A stretch of 64,000 nucleotides of DNA from Candidatus Acetothermia bacterium (GTDB lineage Bacteria; Bipolaricaulota; Bipolaricaulia; RBG-16-55-9; DRXL01), in the NCBI GenBank assembly GCA_016179105.1, contig JACOSB010000019.1, positions 4,115 through 68,114 on the forward strand, read 5' to 3'. Both the position numbers and the translations under genes were made by a program. A model generated the notes under the pieces. That model had not been told where the DNA came from and made no database searches. It saw only the letters and a list, made by a program, of their open reading frames with translations. Positions 7,764-19,005 of this stretch are shown here, piece after piece. Every line of letters starts with the position of its first letter. The first letter of the stretch is position 1.

Positions 7764-10700
7764 ATGCGAGAACAGTTGCTCAAGGGTATCTATTTTATCG
7801 TTCGTCGCTATGCCTGGAGCGTTCTGTTGGTCTCGGTGCTCCTTTCGGCGGCGGGGCTTTATTACATTCGCGACTTGCAGATGCGTAGTTCGTTCTTAGA
7901 TTTATTGCCGCAAGACGACGAGCTGCTCAATCGCTTCAAAGAAAAAGAAGAGATTTTACAAAAAACAGACGCCGTCACTATCGTCGTTTATTGTAAGACT
8001 CCAGAGCGGACAGTCCGTTTAGGAAAGCTCTCGGGTATGGGCAGCGAGGCGGCCGATGAAGTTAGTGCCTTGGAGATACTAGCAGAAAATAAAGTAAAAG
8101 ATTGTCAAGGGCGTCTAGTAAAGGCTGCTGAGATCATCTCTGACGCGCTCAGCAAGAGTGAAGAAATCATCGCCGTCACATACTATAAAGACCCACAGGC
8201 GGCCGAGGGCGAGCAATTGCTCTCCAAGCGCGAGCAATTTTTCGTGACCATTCGCGAGCAGATCCAGCGGTTGCGTGGGCCGCTGAGCGATCCCGCGCTC
8301 TCTCGGGGCGAGTCGGTCAATCTGGCCGAGATTTATCATCAATTCAATCAGGTGCTGGGGCAGATACAACCGCTTTCCGGGGATGTGATTCGCAATCCCA
8401 TCGATCTTTTCAAGCTGCCCCCGGCCGTCCCGTTGTATGAGGGCATTCAGCGCCTCAAGAAGATTAACACCGACACAAAAAAAGTGCTCAAAAGCATTCC
8501 AGGGGCTCTGCAAGCCGGGCAAGAGTCGGTCACTAAGCTCCTGGCGACCCTCGATGAGATCGACAAGACGCTGAACGAATTGTTAAAATTTAAGCAAGTT
8601 ATCAATTTTTCGAGGGATGGCTACGCCCTGCGCCTCGACACCCGGCCGCGGTACTCGTCTCAAAAAGGGCTCGACTACAACCGCAAAATTTCCAATCTCA
8701 TCAAGCAAATTCTCGAGTCGAGTGCCGTCAAGCAAGCGCTCAGCTCGCGAAAATTGCAGGCCGCCTACACCGGCTCTTACATCATCGCCACCGACAGCAA
8801 TTACGCGATCAATTCCGATATGCTCAACACGACGATCATCTCGGCCATCGGGATCGCGCTCATCGTCGTCCTGACGTTGCGGCGTTTGCTCTATCCCTTA
8901 ATGGCAATGGTCTCGCTCTTTGTCGCACTGATTATGACCTTCGCCTGGGCCAAGTTCGCCGTGGGCGGGCTCAACTTAGTGACGTCTTTTTTGCCCTCGT
9001 TGATCTTGGGACTCGGCATCGATTACGGGATCAATTTTATCGCTCACTTTAACGAGGAGCGGCGTCACGGCCGCAAGCTCTCATCGGCTCTCTATCACAC
9101 GATGCTCAACAAAGGCGGCGCGCTCATCACCGCGACGCTCACGACCTCGATGGTGCTCTTTAGTCTAATGATCTCGCGCTCGCCGGGGCTTGCCGAGATG
9201 GGCATTATCTCCGGCATGGGCGTCTTGCTCTCGCTCATGGCTACGCTCTTCATCCTGCCTTCTTTGATCTTAGTGACCAACTTGATGTCGCGGCGGCACC
9301 TGCGCCGGGTCCCGCAGGGCAAAGAAAATTTTTGGTATGGTCGTCTGATTGGCAAACTCCGCTGGGGCATCGTCGCGCTCGTCATCGTGGTAAGTGTGTG
9401 GGTCTTCCAGGATGCGACACAGATCGGCTTCCGTTTTGCGGACGAAGAACTTGCGCCCAAAGACCTTCCCAGTCAGCTCGTGATGAGAAAGCAAGTGCGT
9501 GAGCGATTTGATGTAGGTCCGGGAGTCGGCGAATACTTTTTGTTCTTCACACGCGACCGCACCGAGCTACAGCGCGTGACCGATGAGCTTCAAAAAATTA
9601 CGATCCATGTGAGCAAAGACGGGAACTCTCAGGTCGTTCCCGCGGTGGATAAAATACTATCCCTCTCGCTCTTCTTGCCGCCGGAGTCGTCCAACATCGA
9701 AGACTTGGCGCGCCAGTACGACTTGCAGGGGCGCTTGAATCAAGCCATCCAAAGCCTGAATGTGCTCGGGGCCTACTTCAACCAGAGTGAGAAGCTGCTC
9801 CAAGAGGTTGAACAATTGGGAAAGAGTTTGCAGCAACTTTCTTCGCTCGCTACGGTTGTGGGGACCAATGAAACGTTCAGACACGAGCTACTCCAGCTGA
9901 TCTCCCAAGTGACGGAGCTGTGGTGTTTGTTGAAGCTCCCTGGTCTGGACACTAATTATCTACCCGTACAAGAGTACAAAACACACGTGACCAACTTCTT
10001 GAGCGAGTTCCAGACATATCTCAATCAATGTCCGTCGGAAACGCTAGATGTCACGGTTTACTCCAACAAGATCAGCAAAGTCATCAGCCTCGTGAATCAG
10101 CCGAAAACGACTACCGATGAGATAAACAATTCGACAGACTTAAAAGAACTCATCGAGCTGCTGGGATTGCTGAAGCCACAAACGATCAACCCCGAAGATT
10201 TAAAAAAAGAGATAAGAGTTCTTAGCGATCGATTGAAAGAGCTGCGCCAAAAGGTCGACAGATTGCTCAACTCCGCGGCCGAGCTTGAAGAGTTGAGCAC
10301 TTTGTTGCAAAAGCTTCCCCAAGACCTGCGCGAACGCTTCGTCACGAGCAATGGCGAGTTTATCACGTACGCCCACGTGCGGCGCGAGGTCATCACGCGG
10401 CGCGACAATTACCAAGAGTTTAAAAAACAATTGGCGCCGATTGAGGCCGGCGCGCTCGGCGTGCCGATGATCGCGGAGCGGCTCGAAAAATCGATGCAGA
10501 AAGATTTCTTGAACACGACGTATTTCGCCGTGGGGATTATCTTCTTGGTCTTGGCGATCGGGCTACGCGGCATTTTGCTCGGGCCGGTCTGGGGGATGAT
10601 CCCCGTCGGGTTGGGTTTTTTGTGGATGCTCGCGGGGATGCGCTACTTGGGGATCGATTTTAACTTCGCGAATATCATTATCTCTTCGTTGCTCATCGGC

Positions 10701-11009
10701 AGCGGCGTGGATTTTGCCGTCTATGTGATCGATAGCTACGCCCGCCATCGCTCGATCGAGCAAGCGCTCTCAGAGACAGCTATACCCGTGCTGGGGACAG
10801 CGCTGACCGTGATGGTCAGCTTCGGCAGCTTGCTCTTCGCGAATACGCCGGGACTCCAGTATTTCGGCAAATCGGCGCTCATGGGCATCGGGTTTACCAC
10901 GCTCTTCACGTTGGTCTTACTGCCAGCGATCTTGTCCTTGCGTAGCGATCTGGACTGGGCTCTGGACAAAGCGAAAGCGCTCAAAAACAGAAAGCGCCCC
11001 GTGATCTAA
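7764..11009 (+). CDS. MMPL/RND-superfamily membrane transporter (sterol-sensing-domain-like), 1081 aa
   Basis: Two TM bundles (about aa 350-500 and 900-1060) with GIDYGINF and GSGVDFAVYVID motifs. Two large extracytoplasmic coiled-coil-rich domains sit between them. Confidence 0.65.
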   Translation: MREQLLKGIYFIVRRYAWSVLLVSVLLSAAGLYYIRDLQMRSSFLDLLPQDDELLNRFKEKEEILQKTDAVTIVVYCKTPERTVRLGKLSGMGSEAADEVSALEILAENKVKDCQGRLVKAAEIISDALSKSEEIIAVTYYKDPQAAEGEQLLSKREQFFVTIREQIQRLRGPLSDPALSRGESVNLAEIYHQFNQVLGQIQPLSGDVIRNPIDLFKLPPAVPLYEGIQRLKKINTDTKKVLKSIPGALQAGQESVTKLLATLDEIDKTLNELLKFKQVINFSRDGYALRLDTRPRYSSQKGLDYNRKISNLIKQILESSAVKQALSSRKLQAAYTGSYIIATDSNYAINSDMLNTTIISAIGIALIVVLTLRRLLYPLMAMVSLFVALIMTFAWAKFAVGGLNLVTSFLPSLILGLGIDYGINFIAHFNEERRHGRKLSSALYHTMLNKGGALITATLTTSMVLFSLMISRSPGLAEMGIISGMGVLLSLMATLFILPSLILVTNLMSRRHLRRVPQGKENFWYGRLIGKLRWGIVALVIVVSVWVFQDATQIGFRFADEELAPKDLPSQLVMRKQVRERFDVGPGVGEYFLFFTRDRTELQRVTDELQKITIHVSKDGNSQVVPAVDKILSLSLFLPPESSNIEDLARQYDLQGRLNQAIQSLNVLGAYFNQSEKLLQEVEQLGKSLQQLSSLATVVGTNETFRHELLQLISQVTELWCLLKLPGLDTNYLPVQEYKTHVTNFLSEFQTYLNQCPSETLDVTVYSNKISKVISLVNQPKTTTDEINNSTDLKELIELLGLLKPQTINPEDLKKEIRVLSDRLKELRQKVDRLLNSAAELEELSTLLQKLPQDLRERFVTSNGEFITYAHVRREVITRRDNYQEFKKQLAPIEAGALGVPMIAERLEKSMQKDFLNTTYFAVGIIFLVLAIGLRGILLGPVWGMIPVGLGFLWMLAGMRYLGIDFNFANIIISSLLIGSGVDFAVYVIDSYARHRSIEQALSETAIPVLGTALTVMVSFGSLLFANTPGLQYFGKSALMGIGFTTLFTLVLLPAILSLRSDLDWALDKAKALKNRKRPVI

Positions 11010-11157
11010 GACTGAAACAAAATGGGGTCGATGTGGGTACCATTCTTGAAATAGCTTGCTGCCAGAGGGGCCAGACGTCTTAAATTTTTTAGTATATAAT
11101 TAAGAAGAATGGTGCCCCCAGCCGAGTGGCTAGAGAAAGAAGGAGGCAACGAGATGC

Positions 11158-14100
11158 ATGTCGCGCCTGTGGAAAGCACTCGCAGCGCTGGTTGTCCTGC
11201 TCGCCGGATCACTGGCCGTGCAGGGACAAAGCGGGTCTGCCCCGGCTGTTGATTTCATCTCTTTTCCCTCATCGATCGCCGCCGACGGCAAGGATGTCCG
11301 AGGCTTGGTCGGCTTTAAGGATGCTGAGGGCGATCTCGTCCGGGCTAACTTTGACGTCGTCAAGTCTTCTGACTTAAAATCGTTCAGTCTTGATCTCAAA
11401 CTCGATGGTCAAAAAGAGGGTACGTTCGAGTTTGCCGTCTCGTCCTCGACCGTCCAAGACGTCACTCTAAGACTCACTCTGGTCGACCGCGCGGGCAACA
11501 AGAGTATTCCCAAAGAATTTTCCTTCTCGGTGCAGAGAGAAGTTCCGCTCTTGCCCGACCTGCAGATAAAAATCACCCAAGCGCCCAACTCTGCCGGCCC
11601 GGGAGAGACTTTTAAGATGGAATATATGATCCGCAACGCGGGCAACTCAGGAGCCGGGCGGTTTCGCACCGGGATTTATTTGGCTCGTGGCACGAGCGTC
11701 ACCTCTGAGGATGTGCTGATCGGCTCACGAGATTTGGGCTTCTTGGGCGAGGGCGTCTCGTTCAACTTCACGATCGAAGTGACGATCCCCGCGGATATTT
11801 TTACTAAGCCCGGATTCCGCCCCGGCGCGCTCTCGCTCATCGCCTACGTAGATGACACACAGCAAATCACGGAGAGCGATAAATCCAACAACCAGTCGCG
11901 CGTGCAGATTACGATACGAAATCCGGGGCAACCGCCGGAGCCCCCGCACGCCGAGTTCAACGCCAACCCCACGCGTGGCTCAGCACCTTTGACAGTGCAA
12001 TTCTCCGACCGCTCCTCGGGCGAGGTCACTTCAATCACCTGGGATTTTGGAGACGGGACGACGAGCGGAGACCCCAACCCAACCTATGTCTACCGCACGC
12101 CCGGTACGTACACAGTAAAACTCATTGCTCATGGTCCGGCCGGAGAAGACACGATGACCAAGTCGAATCTTATCGTCGTCGACCAGCCTCCCAAACTGCC
12201 TCCACGTGCAGATTTTTCGGCCAATCCCACGAGCGGGCAAGCACCGCTGACAGTTCAGTTCACGAATAAGACAACCGGCGAAGCCGCGAGTTTCTTCTGG
12301 GAGTTTGGCGACGGCAGCACGAGCACACTGACCAGCCCCAGTTACACCTATCGCGTCGCTGGCGCGTACACGGTGAAACTTACCGCTCGCGGGTCAGGCG
12401 GAGAAAATTCTGAAGTCAAATCCGGATTCATCACGGTGACTGCGCCGACTCCCGTCACCCCTCCGCCTCACGCTGACTTCACCGCGAACCCGACAACTGG
12501 CGCAGCGCCGCTCACGGTCCAATTCACGAATCGAACTACAGGCCAATTCACGACACTCTCCTGGGATTTCGGCGATGGCGGTACGAGTACATCGACGAAC
12601 CCGATCTATACTTACAGAACCGCGGGCACATATACTGTGAAGCTGACAGCGCGCGGACCCGGCGGCGAAGACTCTGCTACGAAGTCGGGTCTCATCACAG
12701 CGACGCAGGCAGCGCCACCGGCCTCGCCGCCGCGCGCAGATTTTTCAGCGAACCCGACTACGGGAGCGGCTCCGTTAACAGTTCAGTTTACGAATCGCAC
12801 GACGGGCCAATTCACGACGCTCTCCTGGGATTTTGGGGACGGTGGCACGAGCACATCCACCAATCCGTCATATACGTATCGCACCGCGGGCATATTCACA
12901 GTAAAGCTGACAGCGCGTGGGCTGGGCGGAGAAGATTCTGAGACCAAGAGCAGCTATATCACGGTCACGCCGGCCGGGCCTCCGCCAGCGCAGCCGCCCA
13001 AGCCCGATTTCACGGCCAATCCTACGAGCGGGTCAGCTCCATTAACCGTGCAATTTACGAACAAGACGACTGGGGACTTTACCAGCGTCTTGTGGGATTT
13101 CGGCGACGGCCAAGCGAGCATCGAGCAAAACCCGACACATCTTTATACGATCGCTGGCCGCTACACTGTGCGACTTACTGCGCGCGGCTCCGGCGGCGGC
13201 AGCACTGAGACAAAAACAGATTTGATCACGGTGACGGGAAGCTCGGGTCCGTTGCCCTCAGCGCCGCGAGCGGATTTTTCTGCGAATCCCACGAGCGGAC
13301 CCGCTCCCTTAATAGTCCAATTCAGCAACAAATCCACGGGTGATGTGAACAATTTCTTGTGGGATTTCGGCGACAGCCCCAGCAGCACGAGCACCTCCCA
13401 GAATCCGAGTTACACGTATCGAACGGCGGGATTCTACACGGTGAAGCTCACCGTCCGTGGCTCCGGCGGCGAGGGGTCTGAGACCAAAGTGAATCTCATC
13501 AACATAACTACTTCTTCAACATTGCCACCCGCCTCGCCGCCCAGCGTAGACTTCACGGCAAGCCCAACCAGCGGGACAGCTCCCTTGACAGTCACTTTCA
13601 CCAACCGCACGACAGGCCAAGTGAATAGTTTCAGCTGGGACTTCGGCAATGGAGACACGAGCACGGCAACGAATCCCGTATATACGTACCGAATAGCGGG
13701 CACATACACGGTCAAACTTACGGCGCGTGGTCCCGGCGGCGAAGACTCTGAGACAAGACCCGGGCTTATCACCGTGACAACGCCCGTGCCCGTAGTGCAG
13801 CCACCCAGCGCAGATTTTTCCGCGAATCCGACGACGGGGAATGCTCCGCTCACTGTGACGTTCATCAACCGCACGACGGGCCAAATCTCCAGCTATGCCT
13901 GGGATTTCGGCGATGGCGCGACGAGCAGTGCAACCAATCCAACCTATACTTACAGAATCGCCGGCATCTACACCGTGAGATTGACAGCCAGTGGCCCCGG
14001 CGGAACCAACACCGCCACCAAGTCTGGGCTAATTATCGTCACGGCGGCTCCAGTGATTCAGCCACCCGTCGCAGATTTCTCAGCATCTCCGACGAGCGGG

Positions 14101-15660
14101 CCGGCACCACTCACCGTGCAATTCACGAATCGCACAACGGGGCAAGTAACGAGCTACGTCTGGGAGTTCGGCGACGGCGTGACGAGCACGCAGACGAACC
14201 CAATCTATACGTATCGCCTGGTCGGTGTCTACACGGTGAAACTCACCGCGCGCGGCCCCGGCGGAGACGATGTAGAGACCAAAGTCGGGCTCATCACCGT
14301 GACGTCTACGCCGTTGGTGCAGCCCCCGATCGCAGATTTTTCGGCGAACCCCACGACCGGGCCGGCCCCCTTGACTGTGACATTCACGAACCGTACCACG
14401 GGGTCAGTGACGAGCTACGCCTGGGAGTTCGGCGATGGTGGAACGAGCACAGTCGTCAATCCGATCTACACCTACCGAAATGCAGGTATTTACACGGTGC
14501 GACTGACGGCGAGCGGCCTCGGCGGGACGAACACGGCATCGAAGCTCGCGCTCATTACCGTGACATCGACTTCATCAGGCCAGACTTTGCGTGCGGATTT
14601 CACAGCGAATCCAACGAACGGCCACGCTCAGTTGACAGTACAATTCACGAATCGCACGACGGGCTCCATCAGCAGCTTGTTCTGGGAGTTCGGCGATGGC
14701 GTCACGAGCACCGCGACCAATCCGATCTACACCTATCGCGTGCCGGGGATATACACGGTGCGACTCACCGCGCGCGGGCTGACGGGCCTCACGAGTACAG
14801 AAACAAAAGCAAGCTATATAACAGTCACGAGCGGCAGCGCCAGCGGGAGCAAAGCGGGTCTACTGGTGTACTACAAGTTCAACGAGACGAATGGAGCCAC
14901 CGCGGTAGACTCCTCCGGCAACGGCAATAACGGGAACATTCGCGGTCCGGCGTATGTGCCCGGCTGGGAGGGCACGGGACTTCGATTCAAAGACCCTTCA
15001 GATTATGTCGACGTGCCCAATGTAAACGCCTTCAAATCCCTCACGCGATTCACGATGGAAGCGTGGATCAACCCGTCGAGCGCGAGGGCTGGGGCCGAGG
15101 GCAGCATCATCATGACCAAAGGAGATATATGGACACTCTCGCTGCTTGATCTTTCTGGAGGAGCGCTTTTGAGGGCTTCGATTGCCGGGCTCAATCCGAC
15201 CGTCCTTCGCGGGTCGCCTGACCCGATCGAGTACGGAATCTTTACTCATGTGGCTGTTACGTACGATGGAACGACGTTGCGGCTCTTCAAGAACGCCAAA
15301 GAAATCTTGGCTCAAACCGTGACCGGGACGCTCGCAAACGATTTGCTCCCCTTGATCATCGGAGCGAGCAGTCCCTTGCCTTCGATCGACACAGGGTTCG
15401 ATGGAACGATCGATGAAGTGAAAGTTTGGAGCCGAGCATTGTCAGCCTCGGAGTTGGGGAAGCAATTGGCTGACTTCGCTGCGGCCGGTTTCTTCGAGAG
15501 CTTACTAAGATTCTACGGAGCATCACTCATTCCGCTGAGTGCGGCAGGCTCTACGACGCAAGGGCCTAGCGACTTAGAGAACCCAATCATCTGGGATCGG
15601 CGTTGGTGGGAGTTGGCGCGCCTGAATCGAAGCTACGCATGTCGAACCAGATCGATATAA
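11158..15660 (+). CDS. Giant secreted adhesin-like protein: signal peptide + CARDB domain + 11 tandem PKD domains + C-terminal LamG/concanavalin-like domain
   Basis: AGGAGG RBS. Signal peptide MSRLWKALAALVVLLAGSLAVQG. Eleven repeats of ADFSANPTSGxAPLTVQFTNxTTG...WDFGDG..S...NP.YTY...G.YTVKLTARG.GGE (PKD). C-terminus LLVYYKFNETNG...EAWINP...DEVKVWSRALSASEL is LamG-like. Confidence 0.85.
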   Translation: MSRLWKALAALVVLLAGSLAVQGQSGSAPAVDFISFPSSIAADGKDVRGLVGFKDAEGDLVRANFDVVKSSDLKSFSLDLKLDGQKEGTFEFAVSSSTVQDVTLRLTLVDRAGNKSIPKEFSFSVQREVPLLPDLQIKITQAPNSAGPGETFKMEYMIRNAGNSGAGRFRTGIYLARGTSVTSEDVLIGSRDLGFLGEGVSFNFTIEVTIPADIFTKPGFRPGALSLIAYVDDTQQITESDKSNNQSRVQITIRNPGQPPEPPHAEFNANPTRGSAPLTVQFSDRSSGEVTSITWDFGDGTTSGDPNPTYVYRTPGTYTVKLIAHGPAGEDTMTKSNLIVVDQPPKLPPRADFSANPTSGQAPLTVQFTNKTTGEAASFFWEFGDGSTSTLTSPSYTYRVAGAYTVKLTARGSGGENSEVKSGFITVTAPTPVTPPPHADFTANPTTGAAPLTVQFTNRTTGQFTTLSWDFGDGGTSTSTNPIYTYRTAGTYTVKLTARGPGGEDSATKSGLITATQAAPPASPPRADFSANPTTGAAPLTVQFTNRTTGQFTTLSWDFGDGGTSTSTNPSYTYRTAGIFTVKLTARGLGGEDSETKSSYITVTPAGPPPAQPPKPDFTANPTSGSAPLTVQFTNKTTGDFTSVLWDFGDGQASIEQNPTHLYTIAGRYTVRLTARGSGGGSTETKTDLITVTGSSGPLPSAPRADFSANPTSGPAPLIVQFSNKSTGDVNNFLWDFGDSPSSTSTSQNPSYTYRTAGFYTVKLTVRGSGGEGSETKVNLINITTSSTLPPASPPSVDFTASPTSGTAPLTVTFTNRTTGQVNSFSWDFGNGDTSTATNPVYTYRIAGTYTVKLTARGPGGEDSETRPGLITVTTPVPVVQPPSADFSANPTTGNAPLTVTFINRTTGQISSYAWDFGDGATSSATNPTYTYRIAGIYTVRLTASGPGGTNTATKSGLIIVTAAPVIQPPVADFSASPTSGPAPLTVQFTNRTTGQVTSYVWEFGDGVTSTQTNPIYTYRLVGVYTVKLTARGPGGDDVETKVGLITVTSTPLVQPPIADFSANPTTGPAPLTVTFTNRTTGSVTSYAWEFGDGGTSTVVNPIYTYRNAGIYTVRLTASGLGGTNTASKLALITVTSTSSGQTLRADFTANPTNGHAQLTVQFTNRTTGSISSLFWEFGDGVTSTATNPIYTYRVPGIYTVRLTARGLTGLTSTETKASYITVTSGSASGSKAGLLVYYKFNETNGATAVDSSGNGNNGNIRGPAYVPGWEGTGLRFKDPSDYVDVPNVNAFKSLTRFTMEAWINPSSARAGAEGSIIMTKGDIWTLSLLDLSGGALLRASIAGLNPTVLRGSPDPIEYGIFTHVAVTYDGTTLRLFKNAKEILAQTVTGTLANDLLPLIIGASSPLPSIDTGFDGTIDEVKVWSRALSASELGKQLADFAAAGFFESLLRFYGASLIPLSAAGSTTQGPSDLENPIIWDRRWWELARLNRSYACRTRSI
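11947..14830 (+). repeat. Tandem array of about 264-nt units (11 PKD-domain repeats), several nearly identical at DNA level
   Basis: Repeats 3 and 4 (about 12475-12740 and 12740-13000) differ at only a few nucleotides. Confidence 0.8.
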
Positions 15661-17207
15661 AACCTCAACAGTTTCGCTAGCCCAAAGTAGACCAAAAGAC
15701 CAAAGCCAACGGGCAAAGCGACCAGCACAATTTCCATAGAAACGTGCGATTTCAATCCTAGATACAAACTGTAGGCAGTCGCCCCAGTGAGCGCAGCGCT
15801 CATGGCCATCTTCGCTAAATCACTGGAAAGAGGCTTGAAGAGAGTCAATTCCAATCGACGTTCCAAGATCACAAACAAGAGCGTTACATTGAAAAGGCCT
15901 GCGAGTGATGTAGCGAGCGCTAGTCCGCCCACGCCCATCGGTCCGATCAGCGTGTAATCGAGCGCGACGTTCAGAGCGACCGTGAGCGCGCCGACGAGCA
16001 TCGGAGTCTTCGTATCGTGCATGGCGTAGAAAGCGCGCGTCAGCACATAAGCAAGCCCATAACCGACGAGTCCCGGAATGAAATTCGCGAGGGCATAGAA
16101 CGTTAGGTGCGTGCTTTCGGGAGTGAACTTCCCGTGTTCGAAAAGCAAGCGAATCGCCGGCTCGCCCATCGCCAACAAACCGGCCATCGCGGGTAGCACG
16201 ATAAAAGCAGCTAATTTGAGCCCACGCTGCAACGTCGATGAAAGCCCCGCAGAGTCCTTGGAAGCCACTTGCACAGAGAGCCTAGGCAGAATGGCACTTG
16301 CAACAGCAACTGCGAAAACTCCCAACGGAAGCTGGAAGAGGCGCGTGGCATACTGAAGCGCCGAGATCGCGCCGTCACCTAGACGAGAAGCGAGCTTGTT
16401 GTCAACCAGGAGATTGATCTGAAAAATCGCGAGCCCGACGACCGCCGGGATCATCATCATAAAAAGTTTTCTTAGCGCTTCATCTTTGAAGTCGATCGCG
16501 AACTGATACTGAAATTTGCCGTGCAATGCTGGGAGCTGAAAGAGCAGCATCCCCAATCCCCCGGCGAGCACGCCGATCGCGAGTGAATAGATTGGGGTTG
16601 TCAGAAACGAGCTGAGCCCGATAACAGCGAAGAGAATTCCTAAGTTGAAAGCGACGGGCGCAAACGCTGGGGCGAAGAAATTTTTGTGGCTATTGAGAAT
16701 CCCCATAAAAATCGCGGCCATACCCACAAACGCAATGAACGCAAACGTAACGCGCGTCAAACCAACCGTGAGTTTCAGTTTCTCCCCTGAAAATCCGTCA
16801 GCTAAGAAAGGAATATAGATGGGAGCTGTCAAAATCCCGATCAGCACGAGCAGGGGAAAGAAGATCAATCCCACTGAGATGAGATTGCTCGCGAAACGAT
16901 TGGCCGCTTGCTGCCCTTTTTTCGTGAGCGTCTCGGTGTATACCGGCACGAACGCACTCGACAGAGCTCCCTCGGCCAATAATCTACGAAGCATATGCGG
17001 AATGGTGAACGCGATCGTATACGCATCAAAGGCAGCGCCGGCTCCGAAGAGATGCGCGATTACCATATCGCGGATCAAGCCGAGGCCGCGACTCACACCG
17101 GTCGAGCTGGCAATCACTAATACGTCTCGAAGGAGCCCTTTGCTGAGGGTCGCTTTGACGATAGAAAAAAGACTTGCTGACGGTGCTTCACGCGCGGGTG
17201 CGCTCAT
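15633..17207 (-). CDS. murJ: Lipid II flippase MurJ (MviN)
   Basis: 524 aa polytopic membrane protein with MurJ-type N-terminus (LLRDVLVIASSTGVSRGLGLIRDMVIAHLFGAG...). Confidence 0.85.
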   Translation of the reverse strand: MSAPAREAPSASLFSIVKATLSKGLLRDVLVIASSTGVSRGLGLIRDMVIAHLFGAGAAFDAYTIAFTIPHMLRRLLAEGALSSAFVPVYTETLTKKGQQAANRFASNLISVGLIFFPLLVLIGILTAPIYIPFLADGFSGEKLKLTVGLTRVTFAFIAFVGMAAIFMGILNSHKNFFAPAFAPVAFNLGILFAVIGLSSFLTTPIYSLAIGVLAGGLGMLLFQLPALHGKFQYQFAIDFKDEALRKLFMMMIPAVVGLAIFQINLLVDNKLASRLGDGAISALQYATRLFQLPLGVFAVAVASAILPRLSVQVASKDSAGLSSTLQRGLKLAAFIVLPAMAGLLAMGEPAIRLLFEHGKFTPESTHLTFYALANFIPGLVGYGLAYVLTRAFYAMHDTKTPMLVGALTVALNVALDYTLIGPMGVGGLALATSLAGLFNVTLLFVILERRLELTLFKPLSSDLAKMAMSAALTGATAYSLYLGLKSHVSMEIVLVALPVGFGLLVYFGLAKLLRFYIDLVRHA

Positions 17208-17230
17208 CGTGTCCCTCTCCTATAATTCCC

Positions 17231-17258
17231 AGTAGGGGCGAGGCATGCCTCGCCCCTA
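17231..17258. repeat. REP-like 28-bp palindrome gtaggggcgaggCATGcctcgcccctac
   Basis: Perfect inverted repeat between murJ and the downstream gene. Member of a family with copies near 41214, 44123, 46370 and 59807. Confidence 0.75.
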
Positions 17259-17263
17259 CAAAA

Positions 17264-18944
17264 TCATTTCTTCGGCAACAACATCAGCGCAGCCGCAATG
17301 GGCCGGTCGCCGCCGACGGTCTCTAAGCTAATGCCTTTATGGAAGGCAAGGCCACTCGAGCCGCCGCCGTCGAGCGCCATCGCGTCTTGCGCTCCCAGTT
17401 GACTCATAATCTGCGCCAGCGTCGTTAAGTCGGCGCCAACGCTGCCGTCGCCGCGTAGCGCGATGAGCAAAATCAAATCTCCGTTAGGCGTCACGCCGAC
17501 GGCGCTACGCGCAGCCTTCATCGTCGCAAACTGTGGTGTAAATCCTTCAGCGCGTGGATCGAGAATTATTTGTCCATCACGGATGAGCATCGGCCCCGCG
17601 CTCACGGCTTCTAATAATAAATCGGGCTTCGGTGTTAGTTTGTAAGAAACTTCTACCTCATCGGCGGGACGCAAGCCCGCGAGCCGGCTGCGTGCCGAGC
17701 CGCTCGCCACCAAGAGCATCGAGCCCGGATCGTTCGACGCAACGTATCCGTCATTGACGCGAATGACTTTACCAGAGCGAACTTGGACCGCTCGTATCGG
17801 TAACTCTGAACGAATGTTTTTCGAATAATCGGAAGTGTAAAGCACCAGCTCGTCGCGCTTGAGGGGACGATTGAGCCCCTCGATGGGAAGTGTCTTGCCA
17901 AACGCTTTGAATGAGAGCTGCAACGTCGGGTTAGCGAAATTGACCTTCCCCAGAAAATCGATCAGAAGCGCTGCGCGTTGACCATATTGCTGGCTTACGG
18001 GAAAACTGTCTTTTACCAGCAAACCAACAGGGTGCCCGCTGTTGGGGTCAAAGAAATTCGCATTGATCGCAGCAAAAGCTCCGTGCGCCCGCGTCATATC
18101 ATCGAGGCTAGAGAGCGTGCCGATGCCCGCTAAGGGCAACCCGACTTGGAGCCAGTAGTTCGAGCGATAGTCTTGGACTTTGAGATAGTGAATCCTCACG
18201 ATGCCACCGGAGGTGAGCACGCGCGACTGGTTGTACGTCGTGTGCGCATCGAGCCAGACCGTGCTTTGCGGTTGCTGTGGATACACCGTCGGTTGAGGCA
18301 AGCTCGGTAGCTTAACAGCACCGAAGCGAATCCAGAGCGAGAAGCCGCTCGCTGTCGAGAATTCGCTCAAATCATACTCGGCTGCATCGTTGAGATAAAC
18401 CGTGACGGCAAACATGGACAAATCTTGTGCTTCGCCTTGGACCGAGCGAATGCGTCGGCTGGCCAAGGTCGGAAGCGCTCGATGTGTAAGCGCGTTGTAG
18501 AAGATCAATTTGAGTGTAGCGCCTCTTTGTTCCAGGCGATACGGCACATGCTGTGAGAAGACAAACGAGAGCTGGTCTCCAATCCCAGAGAGAATTTTTA
18601 ACTCGGCTTGGGTTGTGTACAGATAGATCTTTCCGTCGAGCGCCTGCAACCGAGCACCGAGAATCTGAACTAACTTGCTCAGATCGACGTAGACAAGTCC
18701 CACGCGCACGTAGAGATCCGATGCATCGAGCGTCGTCTCTTGCGAGAGGCCCCACTTAAGCGTGGCGCTGCTCAAATCGTTAGGAAGCGCCACATCAGCG
18801 CCAAGATAGGGAGCAATCTCTTTTAACGGGACAAACGTTTTTCCATCGAATTCCAGGGGCAGCGACGTCAGTAAGCGCAGTGGGCTGTTGTTAAGGTAAA
18901 TCTGCGGCGTGCCCGCGTGAACGTTGCTGGCAGAAACAGTCAAA
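17264..18944 (-). CDS. Phosphodiester glycosidase family (DUF2233) secreted protein; start codon unresolved
   Basis: C-terminal GPMLIRDGQI...ALDGGGSSGL matches the phosphodiester glycosidase family. A signal-peptide-like FRVFAVGGAALLFFLSFLTVSASNVHA segment lies upstream of the only in-frame TTG at 18944. No ATG or GTG exists before the rplI stop at 19006. The 781-aa six-frame ORF extension over rplI is spurious. Confidence 0.5.
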
Positions 18945-19005
18945 AAAGAGAGGAAGAACAGCAGCGCTGCTCCCCCTACTGCAAAAACTCTGAATGAAAA
19001 CTGGG

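Noticed and set aside
11947-14830. Regular about 264-nt tandem repeats, considered as a possible CRISPR or satellite
   Set aside because: The units are coding (PKD domains in one continuous ORF), far longer than CRISPR repeats, and lack spacers.
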